Virus record (IMG/VR): IMGVR_UViG_3300050138_000232
Coordinates: 1-60,365 of that record
Length of the DNA stretch: 60,365 bases
Source of the DNA: a virus
Lineage: Duplodnaviria; Caudoviricetes
Reading direction: 5' to 3' (one strand)
Made by a program: the position numbers and the translations under genes
Shown here: positions 56,130 through 60,365 of the stretch, piece after piece
How the letters are laid out: the number at the start of each line of letters is the position of its first letter
How positions within the stretch are numbered: position 1 is the first letter of the stretch
The notes under the pieces: generated by a model
The model's database searches: none
What the model was told of the DNA's origin: nothing
The model's input: the letters and a program-made list of their open reading frames with translations, nothing else

Positions 56130-56453
56130 TTAGTCCGCCGGTACCCTTTCTGCAGCGTTTATAGTAGCCTTGCGCTTGGCCATGTGTGACGCCTGGAAAC
56201 GCTTGATGACTTCCAAACGGTAGCTTAGTTGTGATAATTCCTTGGCCAAGGGTTCCCAGTCCTTTTTAGAGACTGCGATTGTACGGTGCACAATGTCGGT
56301 ATCAGCGGCGCCATGCTGCCCGATCGACATATATGAGAGACAATCTTTATACCAGGCGGTCGTACCGGCAAGTTCAGGGAAGAGAGCGATTATTTCACCG
56401 GATCCTTTGAACCTGCGAAAGATGACTTTTGTTATGGGTAATTGAGTTGTCAT
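56130..56453 (-). CDS. Hypothetical early protein (VIFR...IIALFP...SYM.IGQH)
   Basis: SD AGGAGG. Confidence 0.75.
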   Translation of the reverse strand: MTTQLPITKVIFRRFKGSGEIIALFPELAGTTAWYKDCLSYMSIGQHGAADTDIVHRTIAVSKKDWEPLAKELSQLSYRLEVIKRFQASHMAKRKATINAAERVPAD

Positions 56454-56457
56454 ATAA

Positions 56458-57225
56458 TTACGAAGCCTCCTTTTCTTTTTTAACTTCGTGGTGCAAAGCT
56501 AATGTCATAATTACTGATTTGTTATCTTTCCAAAATTCTAGCGCGTTTGTGGACATTATTTTAATTCTTGAATCTTTGAATTTGTTCCAGTCTTTTATGG
56601 TATTTAGTTCGCAACCTATTTGAATGTGAAAATCACTTATTGTTATACTCCATTGTAATCCGATTATAGAAATAGGCGTTTTCGTAACCCGCGCATTACC
56701 GGACACCCGCGCATTACCGTACACCTGCGCATCACCGTACCCCTGCGCATCACCGGACACCCGCGCATCACCGTACACCCGCGCATTACCGGACACCCGC
56801 GCATCACCGTACACCCGCGCATCACCGTACACCCACGCATTACCGTACACCTGCGCATTACCGGACACCCACGCATTACCGGACACCCGCGCATTACCGG
56901 ACACCCGCGCATCACCGTACACCCGCGCATCACCGTACACCCACGCATTACCGGACACCCGCGCATTACCGGACACCCGCGCATTACCGGACACCCACGC
57001 ATCACCGGACACCCGCGCATTACCGTACACCCGCGCATCACCGTACACCCACGCATCACCGGACACCTGCGCATTACTATCGAAGTTATCTATTTTCTCT
57101 ATATACCCGCCGGTATCTCCCGCCTTAATGTTATTGAAAGATATCAGGGCTTTAATTCTAAATAATTTGTGTCCGTAGTGAATAATTGTGTCGCTTGTCA
57201 ATTCAAATTTAAGTTGTGTTTCCAT
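56458..57225 (-). CDS. Hexapeptide-repeat (left-handed beta-helix-like) protein
   Basis: L.RI.AL..F....GD.GG.IE head; 22 (N/D)A(R/W/Q)V(S/Y)G units; IGC.....W tail. Confidence 0.88.
   Translation of the reverse strand: METQLKFELTSDTIIHYGHKLFRIKALISFNNIKAGDTGGYIEKIDNFDSNAQVSGDAWVYGDARVYGNARVSGDAWVSGNARVSGNARVSGNAWVYGDARVYGDARVSGNARVSGNAWVSGNAQVYGNAWVYGDARVYGDARVSGNARVYGDARVSGDAQGYGDAQVYGNARVSGNARVTKTPISIIGLQWSITISDFHIQIGCELNTIKDWNKFKDSRIKIMSTNALEFWKDNKSVIMTLALHHEVKKEKEAS
56680..57075 (-). repeat. 18-bp tandem repeat x22 inside the CDS
   Basis: + strand unit ACCG(G/T)ACACC(C/T)(G/A)CGCAT(T/C). Confidence 0.95.
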
Positions 57226-57238
57226 AGTATGATTCTTT

Positions 57239-57433
57239 CTATTTGTTAAAAATGTTTGTAGCCGTCTCCAGATCTTCAGGTTTTATATTCCATACGTCTG
57301 CTAGTTTTTCTGCCTGTACGGTTTTCCATAGCAGTACGGGTTTTGCGACGTGGTGAATTTTTGTACCTTGTGAATATGAAGCAAGGGAGATAAAACAGCC
57401 CAGGATTATGAGTGTTGTGTAAGGTGAGTTCAT
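57239..57433 (-). CDS. Hypothetical early protein with hydrophobic N-terminus
   Basis: ATGA overlap. Confidence 0.55.
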   Translation of the reverse strand: MNSPYTTLIILGCFISLASYSQGTKIHHVAKPVLLWKTVQAEKLADVWNIKPEDLETATNIFNK

Positions 57434-57705
57434 AAATTACCATTCTCAATATCGCCACATGCGAGCCATAAAATACGCTGTAAATTTTGTTCATGATCCT
57501 GCAATTCGTCATCTTCCCAAGCGCCATATTCTTTCAATTCTTTTATAAGAATATCTTTTTGTATCTTGGAAAGTTGCCGCTTTATTGCTAGCAATTCTGA
57601 TAAATATTTAACGTCATCGTCACATTGTCCCTGATGACTGCCGATTGCAGCTTGCTTTTTAGTAATGTTGAGTTCAATTCTGCCGCTTGATGATGTCCAG
57701 TACAT
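57430..57705 (-). CDS. Hypothetical early protein
   Basis: AACAGAAAAGGA leader. Confidence 0.75.
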   Translation of the reverse strand: MYWTSSSGRIELNITKKQAAIGSHQGQCDDDVKYLSELLAIKRQLSKIQKDILIKELKEYGAWEDDELQDHEQNLQRILWLACGDIENGNL

Positions 57706-57776
57706 AAAGTGTTTTCCTTTTCTGTTTGTTGAGTATTAAACGAGTTGCCAACGTTAAATATCCCGTTGAGTTGCCA

Positions 57777-57995
57777 TTATAGACGCCAGCCTAACCAGCA
57801 CCATGTATCGCCATTACATACCGGATCATTATTTTTGTAATGAATTGTGAATGCCGCCGGTTGCGTTTCTTGTGTAATGTTTAAGTCAATCGGTTGCTTC
57901 GTGAGCAATGCGATTAGGAAAAATGCCGGTATAAAGTAAATAAAAATGCCGGTAGATGGCAGGTTGTCTTTTTGCTGCTCGGTTAGTTTTTTCAT
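57777..57995 (-). CDS. Small membrane protein
   Basis: AACAGAAAAGGA leader; TM segment. Confidence 0.65.
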   Translation of the reverse strand: MKKLTEQQKDNLPSTGIFIYFIPAFFLIALLTKQPIDLNITQETQPAAFTIHYKNNDPVCNGDTWCWLGWRL

Positions 57996-58037
57996 GGTGG
58001 TTAGTCCTTTTCTGTTTGTTGCTTAGCGAGTTGTCAG

Positions 58038-58358
58038 TTAAGCGATAATGTCCTTGATCGTTTCATCAAGTTTCTTTTCTGCATAGATACAGTCTTCAAT
58101 ACCGCGAATGTACATGTACAATTGATTGTAGCAATTACGCTTTGTTTCATAGCCTTGCGTTATTGTGCGTATGCCGCCACCGTTATTATCCATTTGCACA
58201 ACCTTCACGCCACCATAAGCAAAGTCTAAGTGATAGTTGCCAATATTGGCACGGTGTTTTCCGCTCGGTAATTTTGTGTATGGTGTTGTCGGTGTGCCCG
58301 CTACACGGTTTAAGCGTAGTAACATACCTTCTAAGTCTTTCTCTGTGATAGGTGTCAT
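58038..58358 (-). CDS. Hypothetical early protein
   Basis: AACAGAAAAGGA leader. Confidence 0.75.
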   Translation of the reverse strand: MTPITEKDLEGMLLRLNRVAGTPTTPYTKLPSGKHRANIGNYHLDFAYGGVKVVQMDNNGGGIRTITQGYETKRNCYNQLYMYIRGIEDCIYAEKKLDETIKDIIA

Positions 58359-58381
58359 AAATATAATCCTTTTCTGTTAAG

Positions 58382-58528
58382 TTAAAATTGTTGCGTTAAA
58401 CTCAGTAGCAAATAGTTTTTCTTTGCGTATCTTTTAGCGATTAGGTTAGCTTCGTTTAAATCGTCAGCATATATAGTACGGTAGTAAGAATTTAAGTTTG
58501 GATGTATGTATTTTGCTAGGAATTTCAT
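58382..58528 (-). CDS. 48-aa hypothetical protein (MKFLAKYIHP...)
   Basis: ATGA coupling; read manually. Confidence 0.55.
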   Translation of the reverse strand: MKFLAKYIHPNLNSYYRTIYADDLNEANLIAKRYAKKNYLLLSLTQQF

Positions 58529-59277
58529 GCTTGCAATTCGTACATATCAGGACGGCTCGCGGTAACTTCACAAGCGAATGTTGCCGCACGTTCTTCCCTA
58601 TCCTGATTTATAAAATCCATAGCGTCATTGTATGAATAATCAAAAAAGCCTGATCCGCTAATTGCGTAATCCTCATCAATGCTACCAATACCAAATGATT
58701 CGAGCTCCTCATCATCCTTAAAGACGGTTACGGATATATAATAATACTCGGTATTGAATGCGTTTTTAATGTCCTGTTCAATTGCTAGGCGTGTTGATGC
58801 GACCATGTGAATATATGCATCATGCTTTGAGTAGTTTTTATTGTCGTAAAACTGCTCCATATATTTTTCTGGTATATCAAAATAAGCGTTTTCGTAATCC
58901 CTGTATCCGCAGTCAAAGCCTATATAAGCTTCAATTCCTTTTCCGCTATGGCGTGTAAACTCACCATGCTCGGCAAAGTCTGGTTTATTGCGTTTGCCTA
59001 TTTTCACTTCATAGCCTTGCCCGTTTATATCATCTTGACGGCAATTGTCATAATCCGCCTCCAATTTAAACACCATTTTATAACCGTCTTCAGTTTCATA
59101 AGTATGGGCAACATTGTCACTGTCAGTATAAAATTTATTTGGTGCATTAATTTCCTTTTTCCACGCTGCAAGCTTTTGTTCCGCACGAACGAATAGCATT
59201 GCGTTTTTTGCACTGGTGATGTAATGAGACATTGATTCTTTACGCTCGGCTAAGTAGTTTTTGTAAAGTGTTGTCAT
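58525..59277 (-). CDS. Acidic Tyr-rich hypothetical early protein
   Basis: 250-aa ORF, AACAGAAAAGGA leader. Confidence 0.8.
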   Translation of the reverse strand: MTTLYKNYLAERKESMSHYITSAKNAMLFVRAEQKLAAWKKEINAPNKFYTDSDNVAHTYETEDGYKMVFKLEADYDNCRQDDINGQGYEVKIGKRNKPDFAEHGEFTRHSGKGIEAYIGFDCGYRDYENAYFDIPEKYMEQFYDNKNYSKHDAYIHMVASTRLAIEQDIKNAFNTEYYYISVTVFKDDEELESFGIGSIDEDYAISGSGFFDYSYNDAMDFINQDREERAATFACEVTASRPDMYELQA

Positions 59278-59295
59278 GTGCGTTTTCCTTTTCTG

Positions 59296-59448
59296 TTATG
59301 CGTTTTCGCGTTTTAACTGGTTAAAAATAACCTGCATGTTCATCGGTAACATGCATACAGCCATCATGTGTTTACGGTCATAAGCAAAAACCTTTGCGAG
59401 ATTCTCTTTTGTAGGATTTTGCATATATGCGTTTAAAAGCTTTTCCAT
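59296..59448 (-). CDS. 50-aa first early protein (MEKLLNAYMQNPT...)
   Basis: Directly after early promoter; read manually. Confidence 0.6.
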   Translation of the reverse strand: MEKLLNAYMQNPTKENLAKVFAYDRKHMMAVCMLPMNMQVIFNQLKRENA

Positions 59449-59486
59449 CGTATTTCTTTCTGTTTTGTTGCGTACTCAGTAAGGAC

Positions 59487-59515
59487 AATGTAGCATGGCT
59501 TTACAACGTTGTAAA
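59487..59515 (-). promoter_or_regulatory. Early promoter TTTACA-17-TACATT with perfect Box B palindrome TTTACAACGTTGTAAA (59500..59515)
   Basis: Extended TG; 16-bp perfect palindrome covers the -35. Confidence 0.75.
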
Positions 59516-59581
59516 TAGCTAAAACGACATAATCGACAATAATTTTACAAATTGTTGTTTTTCAATAGGATAAAATTCAAA

Positions 59582-59610
59582 TTGTTTTTTGTACCCCCTA
59601 GTGGTAGTTT
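59582..59610 (+). promoter_or_regulatory. Promoter TTGTTT-17-TAGTTT with Box A (59589..59609)
   Basis: Extended TG; ATG 59617 is 7 nt downstream, no SD. Confidence 0.65.
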
Positions 59611-59616
59611 GAAAGT

Positions 59617-60102
59617 ATGGAAACATTACCTCTAAAACCTCTATTCGATAATGCTAGATTCAATTCTGCAAGCCCTTTGCTCAGAGACGCTGTATTTACC
59701 ATCTTATACGGCTTGGCCAGCACAAAGACACTGAGTTATGACATACCTGCAGACTTACGACCGTATGGTAGAATTGCAGATACCAACTATTACAGATTAA
59801 AGCAGGATATATTTAACATACTCCAAGACGTTATTCCAAAAATTCTACAGATAAAAAGAGTTAAATTGAAAGTGTCACAAGCTTGTAGCGCTGGTAATAT
59901 CGCCAGAGGAGTTAAGAATAGGCTGGAAAAGAACAAAGAGCAGGTTTTCTCTGACGACAAGGCTACACATACTGAAATTTCCCCTATTCCCGCGCCTCCC
60001 GGCGATAATCAATTCCATAAAGGCACATTCGACCAGGTGGCAACTCGTCAAGCAAAAAGCAAAAAACCAGCTGCACCGGATAAAAAATTGTTTGATAAAT
60101 GA
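59617..60102 (+). CDS. Basic hypothetical protein
   Basis: 161-aa ORF with its own predicted promoter. Confidence 0.7.
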   Translation: METLPLKPLFDNARFNSASPLLRDAVFTILYGLASTKTLSYDIPADLRPYGRIADTNYYRLKQDIFNILQDVIPKILQIKRVKLKVSQACSAGNIARGVKNRLEKNKEQVFSDDKATHTEISPIPAPPGDNQFHKGTFDQVATRQAKSKKPAAPDKKLFDK

Positions 60103-60238
60103 CGATTGCGAGTAGATTTACGTATATATTCGGTAGAGCTTGGACAAAGACGCTAGGAAAACTGCTACTTACAAAGCATAGTTAGAATCCCTGCTAGGAA
60201 TACGAACTCGCCTTGATTTTCCTGTTATGTTATAACAT

Positions 60239-60365
60239 TTTTTTATTTTTCGGTGAAAATCGGAGGGTCGGCGGGCCCAGGGTCTGAGTGCGGGGAGGCC
60301 GCCTTCGAAATTTATTATAAAAATTTTTCGCGAGACTACAGCCAGTGACAACTCGCAATACGCAA
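60239..60365. repeat. Terminal direct repeat, copy 2
   Basis: Identical to 1..127. Confidence 0.95.

Noticed and set aside
56664-57074. Cys-rich (VMRGC[PT])n ORF as a metallothionein or RiPP precursor
   Set aside because: Shadow frame of the hexapeptide repeat; no SD or unique flanks
56680-57075. CRISPR array or DGR variable region
   Set aside because: Contiguous in-frame 18-mers with no spacers; no reverse transcriptase or cas operon; variation is not adenine-specific
60239-60365. 127-bp terminal repeat as a biological DTR
   Set aside because: Length equals a standard assembler k-mer; best read as circular overlap unless reads show otherwise

Overview
The window is an apparently complete, circularly assembled ~60.2 kb tailed-phage genome with podovirus-like architecture; the 127-bp terminal overlap is most likely an assembly k-mer. 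The host is probably a Proteobacterium, possibly alphaproteobacterial (inference only). On the + strand, 0.3-10.1 kb is a translationally coupled operon of soluble glycan-building and tailoring enzymes: three glycosyltransferases, a DegT/VioA-type aminotransferase, WbqC, a hexapeptide acyltransferase, two PhyH dioxygenases, two methyltransferases, a beta-propeller GH-like protein, an Ntn hydrolase and an HNH. It runs into TerL, portal, scaffold, capsid, adaptor, nozzle and ejection proteins, a fourth glycosyltransferase, a block of Gly/Ser/Thr-rich fibre proteins, and lysis genes. The - strand carries a mosaic accessory region with gene fragments (including an integrase remnant), a DUF2800/DUF2815/PolB/VRR-NUC/SNF2 replication module, and an AT-rich early region. 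A + strand primase-helicase is followed by an origin-like repeat. The leading novel candidate is a phage-encoded pathway for an elaborately modified amino-sugar glycan, most plausibly for virion glycosylation. Also seen: two genome-wide operator families, repeated leaderless promoters, and a structured leader preceding a 17-aa Arg/Lys/Gly micropeptide. All family calls are from motif recognition by eye; no database searches were run.
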